A DNA stretch of 64,000 bases, taken from the NCBI RefSeq assembly GCF_964355755.1, contig NC_092674.1:30690001-30754000 (forward strand), read 5' to 3'. The position numbers were made by a program, and so were the translations under genes. The DNA comes from Antedon mediterranea (taxonomy: Eukaryota > Animalia > Echinodermata). The notes under the pieces are model-generated. The model was not told where the DNA came from, searched no databases, and saw only the letters and a program-made list of their open reading frames with translations. Shown here in pieces: positions 50,701 through 62,329 of this stretch (positions within the stretch are counted from its first letter, which is position 1; each line of letters begins with the position of its first letter).

Positions 50701-53700
50701 GTACAGCAATTAAGTTTGTTTCTGTTTAATTCTGTCACCGTCATGGGTTTTGTTATGGTTATTTGTATTGTATTATCATGTTTTTAATTGACGAATATAA
50801 ATGAAATGAATTCGAAATTTGTTGGGTTTATTATCCACAAACTAATTACCATTAATTGTGGTGAATCATCCTTTTTCAATGCATCAATGATTGGCAGAAA
50901 ACGAGGCCTATTCCTGAGTTCTTGTACCTCAGACAATGCACACAAAACCTTGTAATGTCTGCAATCATATTCACAATTTATTTAATAAAACAAAAAGAAA
51001 TGTAACGTTATTGGATTTTCTTCAAAAAATGTTTTCATCTGGTTTTTTATATCTGTACATAATTCTCACGTTACCACACGTACATATTCATGAATGGTTT
51101 AACGTAAAGAATTATATACTTATATATAGTTTGAAATCACGGCGATAAGTACACATGATGTGTTGTACACTTTTAGTTCAGTAATGATTAATTAATTGAC
51201 TATATAATGATTTGAACCTACACTCATTGGTTCCACAATCTCAACTGCATTTCTCAGTCAATCAAAACTAATTATATATTGATGATAATCAGAGTAAAGC
51301 AGAACATTTGACTGTAAAATTGATTTAATTTGTGATTTGAACCTACCCATCAGGAACAAGACAAGCGGGTGCCATAACTTTAACCGCATCTGTCATTAAA
51401 TTCTCATGTCTTGGGTTGAGGCAGCTGGCGACATCGACAAGCACACGGTCATTTTTAAACACGGTGCTGATACCGAACGAATTGTTCATAAAAGCTTTGA
51501 GCCCCTTGATGCATTCATGTTTACAGTCTATGGACTTGTGCGAAGTCCTGAAAATAAAAAGGTTACAAATTTGATCATATAATCCATTAGATATACAGTA
51601 GCTGCAGAACATTGGTTTGGTACATATTATTGTAACATTATGTTTTTAATTATAATTTTGTTCTATGTATGATGTAATTGTAAAAGTTTTACCATATTTT
51701 CTGTCGAGGAAAACAATTTTTCCATGTACACTTTTTATACATGGAACAAATTTGATTTGATTTTTGTATATTAATTATGGACTATAAAATAGAATAATGA
51801 ATTGATAAAATCTTCTATAAATTAAATTAGGTGTTATAGCACCAACATGTTCTGCTACTACAGTTGGTTCAATAAACAGAACAAGGAAATATATATATAT
51901 ATATATATATCAGTATATCACCGGGCGGTTTAGAATTAATGTTCTTTGCCTGATTTGTTTATATATATATAATATAATTAATTTGAAACGATAAAGATGA
52001 GGAAATCTGTGAGAATGAGAAAAAGTCGACCCAACCGAGACTCGAACTCGGACCGCCTGCTTGATATGCAGATGTCCTAACCATTAGACCACTGGGGCTT
52101 TCATGGTATTGTTCGAACTGGATATCACCGGGCGGTTTAGAATTATTGTTCTTTGCCTCTTGTGTTGTATTAAGTATATATTAAGCACTATGAGACAACT
52201 GTGTCACTTATGTTTTATATTTCACCTGAAGAGTGCGGCCAGCTACATGCTGGTCGTACGAAACAAATTTGTAGTGATTAAAACAACGAAGTAACCAAGT
52301 TTTCTGCTGTTATTTTATTTATTTATATATATAAATCCAAAGGCAAATTACTGAAAAAAATGACAATGCTGTGGGTATCAGTGGCTGGATCTCAATGGAG
52401 ATACAAAAATAAAAAGCGAAAAGCTAAATCAAAACGATAAAGTAAACAGCCAGAAAAGTAAGCAGAGCTTTCGGGCAACACTAGCCCTTCATCAGTGCAA
52501 GTGAAGGAATTTGGATAACGTCAGAGTATAAAGCTGGCAAGTGCTGCCTGGGTGGACATATATTTATATATATATATATATAAATCCAAAGGCAAATTAC
52601 TGAAAAAAATGACAATGCTGTGGGTATCAGTGGCTGGATCTCAATGGAGATACAAAAATAAAAAGCGAAAAGCTAAATCAAAACGATAAAGTAAACAGCC
52701 AGAAAAGTAAGCAGAGCTTTCGGACAACTTTCATAGATTGAAAAAAATATTGAATTACACACTACTGTATTCTTAAGGGTTGACAAACAATATTTTTCTA
52801 ATAATGTTATTATTTATACTAATAGTACATCCACTTAGACCTGAATTACAGCATCTTTTGTATAAATAATCTATTTGTAGATTTGTATTTGTACACAATG
52901 CTATTTCTACCAAAATGTCTTATATTATTGACGGACATTTAATTGATTGGTCATTTTAATTTCAGAATAAAAATTCCATGCAACAATACAAAACGGAAAA
53001 TTACACTAAAAATAGGATTGTTCCCATTTAGTGAAGAGATTTGAAGATTGTTTAATGAATTTAATGAACAGCTTCAGGGATTTTAGGCAATACTATTACA
53101 ATATAAAGTATATATTGTTCATAGGTTAAATCATGTGTAAAATTACGAGGTCAAAACATTAATATTCATCATTCATATTAATCAAATATTGAGTTTGTTA
53201 TTTTTATGACAAAGTTCATCAGTATAAGGTAAAACATTATTCTCATCAACAGATCATGAAATTGTCACCAGGACAATAAATTATTTCAATGCATTGTTTA
53301 CGAATTAACAGAGTGAGAGACAAAAACAATACACATCTAGTGAAGCATATTATAGGCTATATGATACATGCAGTATGAAACTGCTATTGCCTCAATGGCC
53401 TGAATGCTGTGACCTCTGTACACAATCTGGGAAAGGTTCATCCAAAATATACTACAGCCAACTCTCCCAATACTGGACTTTCAGAAAACCAGAAACTCAT
53501 CTACTGTAATACCAGCCACATTTTTCTTGAAGTCTATTAAAGGTCCCAAATTCCTCTTTACCATTAAAAACATAATCCTAACACCAGACTTTCTGGAAAA
53601 CCAGACATAATTGGCCAGCCCAAAGGTGTTCGGTATTGGAAGAGAATTTACTTTTTATATTGATATAATATAGCCACTTGAATGAGAATACAGAATGAAG

Positions 53701-56700
53701 GAAATGTATTAATTAATCTGTTTGTACTCTGTTCTTTTTATATGTTATGTTTTTTTCTTTCTTTGTATGTACATTTTTGTGAGAATTTGAATAAATAAAT
53801 AAAAATTATTCTGATATTAACTCAATTCACGTACAACACAATATGTAGTAATTTGTTTACATGGATATCTCCTAGGATACTCCAACTGAGTTATACCAGG
53901 GAAGAGTTAAATTTTTAACTCTTCCCTGGTTATACTCTAGTTTGTCACAATGAAATGTAATCACCCTCTAAATATTTATTTTAAGATAAGATATATGTGC
54001 AGACATTGCTGTGTTACGTCATGGGTAAAATGTACCTAACAAGCAAATTAACAAACATAACTAAAAAAATAGTTTTGCTTTCACACCATTATAAAAACTA
54101 CAGTTTTGTTTCTAAAATAAGGTACCGTAAGTTATTGAATTCAATTGTTTAAAACATTGAATAACAATAATTATTAGTAGCTAAAAAGCACTGCAAGATA
54201 GCCAGTATAACTTGCACAACATGGCTATATTTTGCTTTACTTTTGTTTTAGTGTAATTTGTAAATACAATTGGAAAAAGTAATATTTAATCTAGTGCCAA
54301 TAAACAAAAAATAAAATAATAATAAAAAAATTGTGTAGAAAATGATGTTCTATGTTAACTACAGTGTCCCATACTTTTTATGCAAATTGATTTATTGCTA
54401 TAAAAAAACCAGTTGTTTTATATAATAACGGATAATAACGGTTATTTACAAGGAAATAATCATTTTATTAGCATGTTAAATAGAAAACTTAATTTTATTG
54501 ACTCATCAAATGGTAATACTGTATTTGTAACATTCTTTAACAGAAAATAAAATAATATTACTTTGTAAAATGTGCCTTCAGTTAAAAAGGTAATTGTAAT
54601 ATTTCATGTATTTAATATTCATTAAGAAGCATATAAATTAATTTTTAAAGTTCAGTTTGGGTGAGGTGACCTACAGTATACAGGAAATCCTATACCAACG
54701 ATCTAACCACATAAAAAGTCTTGACATTGGAACTCTTGTAACAAGCAATAAGGAATCAACTGTAGCTTGATTTTTGCAATATTCTACTACATTCTCATGT
54801 AAAGCTCTGTTTACACTATCAAACTTTGACAATAAAAGTGTGATGTGATCAAATATGGTAGTGATATGCCCAAATATGGTAGTGATATGACATTATCAAG
54901 TACATATATGGGCACATCACATATTTTGTCACATAAAGTTTAATAGTGTAGACAGAGCTTTACACGAATTATGAAATTTGAACAAAGGGACATTTTGTCG
55001 TTTTCTTTGTAAGTTCCCAAAGATGTCCCTTACTAGCCGTTCCACTGTATACTTACTTTGAAAAAGAACCTTCTGTGATTTCAATAATCAACTGGAGACC
55101 CTTTTCACCAAACTGTTTAACCCAGCTTATCGTGTTACTCGCCAAAGCGACACGTAACGCTTTCAGGATTGGTAACAAACGGTCATAGTCTGTCGGGTTG
55201 ATTTGTCGTAGGCCATCAATGAAGTCTCCTGGTGTTTGTCTCTGAAAACAACAAGATGAATACTATTGATATTCAATCTGTGGCAATTTGTTTGGTTCAG
55301 AACAAATATTGTTTGTTTTACTTTATGTTCATTTACATAGTGGAGGGTGATTGCGTATTGTATGGTGTGGTGTAGTACATACTTTGCAATTGTACAATTC
55401 AAAATATATTCTAAAGATTTCTTTAGGAGAATTATTTAGATTCTGTCAGTAATAATGATGAAGCCCAACTTTTGAATTTTTTACAAAATTGTTTGTAATT
55501 GATGTTTTTAATTGAAGGCCTTTTGTAAAAAAAAACATCAATCTAGGTCTTTTGGCTGTTACAGATTTTAATTGTGTTCAAATTGTTTTGATGTTTTTTG
55601 GAAATAAAATAAAGATACCAAGAGATATATAATATATATAGTGTCACAATAATGAATTAGTACAAACCCTTGTTGATCCCGTCCTTTTCATGTATTGAGC
55701 GACCATTTCTCTTTTCTGTCCCATGTCCCGACTCTTTAAAGGATCAGCCTTTTTTCCATGTATACCCATGTCCTCCTAAAAAAGAAAATGAAAATTAAGA
55801 TAAAATAATTAGTGATATCACAGGTATTTACTCAAAGTGGGGTGAACAAGAGAATTATGTACCTTTATTTCAAATGGTTGTAGGAATCTAAATCAGCTTC
55901 ATTAACTTGTATTAATTATAAACTAATAAATTAAAATTGAATAATCATAAATATTATTATCTTAAAAAAGTGAATCAAATATTTTTTAAATACAATCAAT
56001 AATTTAGTTATAAATGATCCTTCCAAAATTGCCCAAAAAAATGATAATATTAAAATATTTCATAATTGAAAAAGAATAACAAATAGTAATATGACACTAT
56101 TAGGATTATATACTTGTTTTAACAATCCATTATGCAGTCAACCATGGAGACATTATGCTTCAACTTATTCCTGTGAGACAAATTATGGGAACTGCTTCAT
56201 GCCTAATGTGTCTGAATACTTACAAATGTCATGGAGGATAGTTGAATTTTAAATGAAATATTTACCTATAATTACTTAACAAACAATTGATAGCAAGTTA
56301 TTGGTTTCATTGTTGATAGAAGGAGGTGGTATTTTGGTTTGGCAATGGCTAAATTTTAATTTCATTCACAGCTTATTTTTGTATAGTAGTAGTACATAAA
56401 CTTGTATAAATTGTTTGTCTTTATTCAGTATTAGAACAACCAGGGAGTTGATTCTGCATTTCCCTGGTATAACTTAAACAAGATTGTTCCGCCAAATACC
56501 AGCAGTATTATTGTATACACCTTCACTCTGTTACATAAAATGTTACTTTTTTATTAGCCTTGGAAACAATACTTAAAAATCATGAAAAAGTACCACCAGC
56601 CAAAAGTATAGGAAACCTAATAGTAATTTTAAGGAAATAGTTATCGACGAGTAAGTTTAAATAATTACAATGTCTTAAGTGAATTCTTGTCAAAGAATGT

Positions 56701-59700
56701 AAGATGACTTTAAGGAGGTACTTTGTTAACCAGCAATTATAGTCTTAACTTAGTTAACTTAAGTTCACTGTCTAATTGTATACTAATATGTGACATATTC
56801 AAACAAGCAATAGACTTGATTTAAGTTCAGTTCAGTTGTTATGATGGCATATGTACAACAATCCATACATTCAAACACGCAATTATTTCCCCCAGGATAT
56901 ATACAGCAGCTCTAATAATATGTTGGCAATATGTCTCATTTTGCATGTAAGTTTAATTGCAATACTGTACATGTTAACTGCCTGCAATATTGGTTACCAA
57001 CGATGACATTAACTTTATAGTCTTGCTTTTAAATGGATTCTTTTATACTCAAAATATCATTATGCCAATTCTCATTGTATTTGTAAATTTGTCTTTTACA
57101 GCATATAGAGAATACAGATATTCTATTAAAACATAAAAGTAGGTCATTCATTCGTGATCCTAAACTCCTTTGAAAAGGAAAGTTGCTGGCCCTACACTAC
57201 TACAGTACTATCTACCAAGTCATAGTCGCTTGACCCATATTCTCATAATACTAATAGTTAATACTCTAGAAAAAACAGTAATCCATGTCCCCTACATTGA
57301 GAGCTGAATAGTTTGACCCATGAGTTCTCATAATATTCCTGATAAATCAACACAAATTATAACAAACAGGTAATCCAGTTTTAACGAACACAAGGTCTTC
57401 TAGTTAGGATCTACAGTTCAAAATAAACTAGATACTTGTCCTCAGGATAAACAATAATGACATAAAAAAACTAAAATTAATGTACAAAGTTCATTTGTTA
57501 ATATTATTAAATGTTGGTCATTGACCACCACTACACATTTAGAATATTAATTTTAGCATACCGTGATTAATTTTAGAATATCGTTATTAATTTTAGAATA
57601 TTATGATTAATTTTAGATCATTGTGTTTAATTTTAGACTCATTAAGTGGTCATCATAACAACAATCTATTTTTACAATGTATTTTTGTTGATTAAAAAGC
57701 TTTTTATCATGATGTACCGCTGTTAGCAAAGGCTAGAGTAAGTTGAATGTCAATCCGCTATGACCATATAAGGAGTATAAAATGAGAAATAATCATCTAT
57801 TTTATAAATAACTGATTGTTAGTATATTAGATAGCATAAACTATTGACCGTTTGCGTGTAATTTTAAACAGATTTTATCTCGTAGTTTCTTCTTCCAGGT
57901 GTATGTTCTGTTAATCATATTAGTATGATAAATTCATACAGTACTGTACTGTAGTCAATTATTCACATTTTGATTTTACAAGATCCAGGATATTGATATT
58001 AAACCATTATTACAGAGTGATTTTGTTTTCTAAAATAAGCTATCTATCTGAGCAATCTATCCTAATTATAATACACTCAAAAAAATTGAAATTTGATTGA
58101 AGCATATAATTGATGTGATCATATCAATCGTCTTATCTTAAGTTTCAGTACTTAATGTGCATGTCAGAGCTTATAGTTACATTAATATCATTATATTTCC
58201 TCAAAGACATTACAGTGTATGGTAACAGTACATTAATAGAATGTTGTCAATTCTTCCTTGTCAATGTTAATCATTTCAATTTACATTATGTTACATTTGT
58301 TGTTAAAATGAGATAGAACAGTATCTTGCAATTGTGGATGCCTTATAAAATGTATAAATAAATGCATATTTTTTGCAAAAAACGTTCAGAAAAGGACACC
58401 CCTTCCCATACCCCCACCCCCCTTGGTACTACACACCTCGATTGCTATCCTCCCCAAATCCTAGATCCACCACTGAATTTGCTAATTGTAATGGAAGCTG
58501 CAAATTCTCCTATCTACTGTACAGAAGGCTGTCAAAAGAATCAATAACTGGAAGCCACAGTAACTGTTGACATAGCGTCTCAATCAATTTCTTCATTAGT
58601 ATTACAGTATCAAATGACACTCACTGTAGTTAACGCTGGCTAATTGATGATAATATGATTTCTAATACTAAATCTGACAATGTGGGTATGATCCTGACTA
58701 AATCTAGTAATCTGAATTATACTGTACTACTGCTAAATACAGTAAAATGTAAAAATAAATTAACAGCACTAAAATAGATTATCTTTTTGAAGACTGTACG
58801 ATGGTAAGTAAACATTATGATAACATCTACAAATAGCATTCGACCGCAGCACTAAATAAAACGAACAACTGTGGTAGTTTGAGTGATAATCAAACTAGTA
58901 GACACGTATATAACATGCATAGCCTCAGACTCATGTAGCACTTAACAACTTTTGTTAATCCTTTCAACTGTGTTTACTGTAAAAGGTGGCTATAACTTTA
59001 AAGTTAATTCTTTTAACTTTTGTCTCCTTCCATAAAACTACAGTATGTAACAGCTTGTTTGTATGATGTATATATTTACTGTTGTATACCAAAATAAATT
59101 CATTATAATTACTACTGTACATGTATCTAGCTGTAAAGCTCTTGCTTACATAACTAATTTCATAAATAGCCTCATAAAGATATTATCAACTAATAAACAT
59201 ATCTCTATGATGGCGCCTACAGTATTATCATTTAATACAACAAGTTTAAAACTGTCTGCAGAATAGTGTCTGTTTATTTACTGTATTGGTAAATCATATT
59301 TATATTTTAATATAGGGTCGAAGGTCAAAGACAGGATAGACCTTAAGCCTTTTTTTTTACTGGTTTCAAGCTCTTAGCAGGAACCATCCAGAAGGTATTA
59401 ATATTGTCTCCACTAATATTACTGTACATACCAACTCCCTTCCTTCCTGGAATCATATGAACAAAATGATGTCATTAAAAATTATTTTAAAATAATCATA
59501 ATTTTTTTTTTCTATTAATATTATTAATTATAGCTACTTTTTAAAAATCTGTAATAATATTTAAAATAGAATACTGTAGATTTATTTGTTTATTATTATT
59601 AATTTAATAAAACAACCAACAATACAAACAAGGGGCATCTAAAGGTCCACCGGGGAAATAAACCAGATATTGAATGTTATTGTTACTTGTCTGGATTTTA

Positions 59701-62105
59701 CTGATATGGTATAAACCCGATACCTCAATAGTAAAGCATGGTTCCCACTAGCGACGCAACGCAAGGACGTAACGCAACGCAAGTGAATTGACCAATCACA
59801 AGCGATGGCTTATTCGCTTGTGATTGCTAAACGTCTATAACTTCGCTTGTCATTGGTTAAAACGCTTGCGTTGCGTTTACGTCCTTGCGTTACGTTCTAG
59901 TGGGAACCAAGCTTAAGATCTACTTTTGCTAGCCTAACTTTATTTTAGTACAGTAATAAGTATGCTGAAATAAAATATTACAGTAAAGAAGTTACTTTCA
60001 CCCCTGATCAGTTTGTCTCAGTAGTTGATAGTAAGTACAGTATAGTGTAGTCTTACTCTTACAGTAGTAGTAGTAGTAGGTAAATATGAACACTGAGGTG
60101 GTGCCTTGTCATTCTGAAATTTATACAGTAAGTAAAAATAAACAGAGCCTTTTAATATAAACCATAGGGAAATTATTTATCCATGATGACACATGTCAAA
60201 TAGGTCAAATAAAATCTCACATAAATAAAACATGATACTATCAATTTGATTGGACTTTAACTCAAAATAAAACTACAAACCAACAGTGGTGTTGGTAGTC
60301 TATGATGATGGGAGGTGGGATACCTCCCATTTGAGTGCGCGGTTTGCAGAAGATACCATTATTCAATAGGAATTGTAATTGGTAAATTGTATCCTCTCTT
60401 TGAAAAGAGGGCTATTTTCGGTTTATCCAGCCACGAAATAAATATTTGCGTGTGTAATACTACAGTATATTAGCACTTCTAAACTAAGGGCGCGTTTATA
60501 CAACACGCTATTAGCAATTCTAAACTAAGGGCGCGTTTATAAAACACGCTATTAGCACTCCTAAACTAAGGGCGCGTTTATACAACACGCTATTAGCAAT
60601 TCTAAACTAAAACATAGCATACACACTACAGGTTATACTGTAGTGCCTTGGTCTAATCATTGCATTTACATCCAGTATTCTACATTGTATTCAGATCTAT
60701 CTGTTCTAATAAGAACTGTACTACAGTACCTGTGTCATCATAAATTGAACAATTCATGAAGGAATTAGTGTGTGGACAATAAGCTTTTGATATGCAAGGC
60801 CATGAATCTCTATCCCTGTCAGTACTGTGTTAAGTGCATCATTGTGTCTGAATGTACATGTTGTCTACTTAATGAGCCAGATTACAGTAGTATGAGAGAG
60901 GTGATGAAATGTATAGTTATACCTCACTAAGCTACTCAAATCATTAAATATATTTATTCTTAAATTAATAGAAATAAATCATCATTTATAGTGAAAGATA
61001 TTTTAATGGGAAGTAATTTTTAAATGTTTTCTAATATAAACTAGTCTGTTTGCCTTGTAACCTAACTGTACTGTATCACCTAATGTACAGGTTACATTAG
61101 AAATACTGTGCAGTAGTCTAATAGCAAAGGTGAGTTATGTTGTACCCCTACTTTTTTTGTAATCCAAGGTTTGCCTATTTACCAAATTAAGTTTTTTTTC
61201 AAATTGTGTCCCATGGGGTTGTTTTTACCTTATTCAGCCATTTTAGATTTATGAAATTTATAGGTTTTCAGTAGATTTCACAGTACACCTTGATCACAGA
61301 GATATCACTTTGTAATCATCAATGTATGTACTATATAGTAAATAAAGAAACATTTACAAAACTGTATTAATATTGGTACGTTTTACATTAGTTTTAACTG
61401 ACACACAATTTATATTTTTAGTTAAATACATCATTGTCATTTAATAGCCAGCACAATCATCAGAATGCCAATATTGTACAGTATTATTGTTCTGTCTGTC
61501 TCATCACAATTCACTTCCTGTTTGATGGTGTTATTTACACCACTCTGCGCTATATGATAACTGAACATGGCCTGTGAACACAGCAGGCATATGGTTAACA
61601 ATTTACTTTATCAGCTTTAACTAGGACCAAAGAACAAATGTCACAGTTACATCATCACTACCAATTACATGACACACATAACAACAGCAGCAGAGAAACA
61701 TTGAAATGTCATACCAGCATCTTTATGGTATTTTCATATATCAAACAATTGTTATTTCAGTGTTATGACGTGTTAGATGATTTTATGCTGTTTTTTATGA
61801 CTAGTTCTTTTGACTCTGATAACAAAATATTTTTTATTTTTCCTTATAAATGCTACACTTAGTTTTTAGTATTCTAAATGTAGAATATTAAGTATATTAA
61901 AAATAAAACCTACCAGCATGCGATCAAATGCAGCATTCACTTCCTGATCTGTGAGGTTTTGGTAGGTGGGGGCATCAGCGTCCTCCTGGACCTGAGGCAT
62001 CCCTTCACCATTGGCTTCATTGTAAGCAACTATTGACACAGGCCTAGCGATTTGGATATCCCTGGGAGCTTTTGATTTGGATTTTTTATCTTTTGATGAT
62101 GAAAA
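32723..62105 (-). CDS. DIAPH: Diaphanous-related formin (GBD/FH3, coiled coil, FH1, FH2, DAD); 5' end beyond the window
   Basis: Exons: 62105-61914, 55775-55668, 55241-55057, 51547-51347, 50958-50850, 50443-50333, 49996-49878, 49676-49560, 49038-48923, 47989-47925, 47763-47659 and/or 45133-45026, 44148-43756 (polyproline FH1), 43191-43080, 42897-42799, 42366-42176, 40962-40723 (GNYMNSG), 40401-40272, 40050-39926, 38830-38666, 38458-38215 (DAD GVMDNLLEALKDGSAF), 32925-32723. Other motifs: LRVALASNTISWVKQFG, CIKGLKAFMNN, LDFRLHLRNEF, LLSILQHLLLIR, SQIVLQRSGLDPDF. All phases are consistent. Confidence 0.95.
34604..34673. mobile_element. Very short Harbinger-type MITE
   Basis: TAA|AGCTCGGTTCACACT...AGTGTGAACCAAGCT|TAA. 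Confidence 0.65.
35264..36259. mobile_element. Foldback/Mutator-like non-autonomous DNA transposon, ~280-bp TIRs, 8-bp TSD
   Basis: Left arm GGTCAGTCTAATTACCGAAAACAACCG... mirrors right arm ...CGGTTGTTTTCGGTAATTAGACTGACC, with CCGAAAA subrepeats. GATAACAC is duplicated at 35256-35263 and 36260-36267. Confidence 0.88.
38831..39925 (-). other. U12-type AT-AC intron of the formin gene
   Basis: Donor ATATCCTT at 39925, branch TTCTTTAAC, acceptor ..TTAC at 38831. Splicing joins DVMS|EFLGKAK in frame. Confidence 0.9.
38853..39331. repeat. 22-bp minisatellite, ~21 copies
   Basis: Unit AATGCTAAAA(G/T)AGAAACAGTAA, abutting the U12 branch point. Confidence 0.95.
41087..41249. mobile_element. PIF/Harbinger-type MITE, family B
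   Basis: AGCTGTGTCTACACTATCA...TTTGATTGTGTAGACAGAGCT, inserted in a SINE-like repeat also seen at ~46810-46920 and ~49250-49340. Confidence 0.85.
41621..41783. mobile_element. PIF/Harbinger-type MITE, family B
   Basis: TTA|AGCTCCTGTCTACACTATCAAA...TTTGATAATGTAGACAGAGCT|TTA. A partial copy lies at ~38519-38635. Confidence 0.85.
42449..42720. repeat. 19-bp minisatellite, ~14 copies
   Basis: Unit TTAAGTCTA(A/T)G(C/A)TGGGGAC. Confidence 0.93.
43281..43720. repeat. 56-bp minisatellite, ~8 copies
   Basis: Unit AATTAATTAATTTACAGTATACCATTGGGTAGTTTTAGAGCTTCTCTATGCCTGTA. Confidence 0.95.
45168..45370. repeat. 51-bp minisatellite, 4 copies
   Basis: Unit ACACATTGAGCATCATTGGTGGAGATGATATGCATATTAATTGCTTTTTAT. 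Confidence 0.93.
45435..46511. repeat. 37-bp near-perfect minisatellite, ~29 copies
   Basis: Unit TATTGGGATTCACTATGACAAAGGTTGTGACATCTAC, with no spacers. Confidence 0.97.
48314..48918 (-). repeat. tRNA-SINE head amplified into a 76-bp tandem array (7 copies)
   Basis: 48314-48441 matches the SINE at 14755-14883. The unit CCCAGGACCCTTGGAGTG.TAGCCAAGCATCATAAACACC...AAACCAA starts at 48386, 48462, 48538, 48614, 48690, 48766 and 48842. Confidence 0.9.
49086..49250. repeat. 41-bp minisatellite, 4 copies
   Basis: Unit CTGTGTCGTGGACAGATGAGAGAGCACATTTAAGTGGCTGA, related to the dispersed repeat at ~46815. Confidence 0.9.
49677..49877 (-). other. U12-type AT-AC intron of the formin gene
   Basis: Donor ATATCCTT at 49877, branch TCCTTAAT, acceptor ..TTTAC at 49677. 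Splicing joins IKLDF-Y(TA|T)-DIEDVF and removes the apparent TAA stop. Confidence 0.92.
52027..52098 (-). ncRNA. tRNA-like cloverleaf (retroelement-associated Pol III head or tRNA pseudogene)
   Basis: Minus strand: GCCCCAG TGGTCTAATGGTTAGGAC A TCTGC ATATCAA GCAGG CGGT CCGAG TTCGAGT CTCGG TTGGGTC. It has A and B boxes and paired anticodon and T stems, but an acceptor-stem mismatch and an atypical ATC anticodon. Confidence 0.7.
52222..52277 (+). ncRNA. Type I hammerhead ribozyme
   Basis: Stem I TCAC/GTGA; core CTGAAGA (52226-52232); 11-bp stem II GTGCGGCCAGC/GCTGGTCGTAC with TACAT loop; GAAA (52260-52263); palindromic stem III ACAAATTTGT; GUA cleavage triplet ending at 52273. Confidence 0.85.
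52330..52728 (-). mobile_element. Penelope-like pseudo-LTR / retrozyme-like unit, partial tandem in (TA)n
   Basis: 52331-52479 is duplicated at 52580-52728, and that copy is truncated inside the ribozyme. The copies are separated and flanked by (TA)n. A decayed relative lies at ~48019-48080. Confidence 0.7.
52462..52498 (-). ncRNA. Minimal type I hammerhead ribozyme motif
   Basis: Minus strand GCA CTGATGA A GGGC TAGTGTT GCCC GAAA GCTC TGC: core present, stem II GGGC/GCCC, palindromic AGCT stem III, CUC site, 3-bp stem I. Confidence 0.65.
54804..54959. mobile_element. PIF/Harbinger-type MITE, family B
   Basis: AGCTCTGTTTACACTATCAAA...TTTAATAGTGTAGACAGAGCT. Confidence 0.85.
59735..59913. mobile_element. 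PIF/Harbinger-type MITE, family A
   Basis: TAA|AGCATGGTTCCCACTAG...CTAGTGGGAACCAAGCT|TAA, nearly identical to 21426-21604. Confidence 0.9.
60468..60610. repeat. 41-bp minisatellite, ~3.5 copies
   Basis: Unit TATTAGCA(C/A)TTCTAAACTAAGGGCGCGTTTATA(C/A)AACACGC. Confidence 0.9.
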
Positions 62106-62329
62106 CTGAAAAGAAAAACAAATGAAAAATGTGGAATTAGGTTTTGTAATACAAATTCCAAATTGAGGTTTAGAGAAAAGAAATCACTATTGTGTTGACT
62201 GAGTCAGTTGCTTTGTAATAAATCAGCAATTTCAAAATGAATGTGCTATTAATGCACTCATAGTTATCAATGTTAAGTTTCAAAGTGTTATTATAATAAC
62301 TACAGCATCATCGGTAAAAGAAAATTTTA

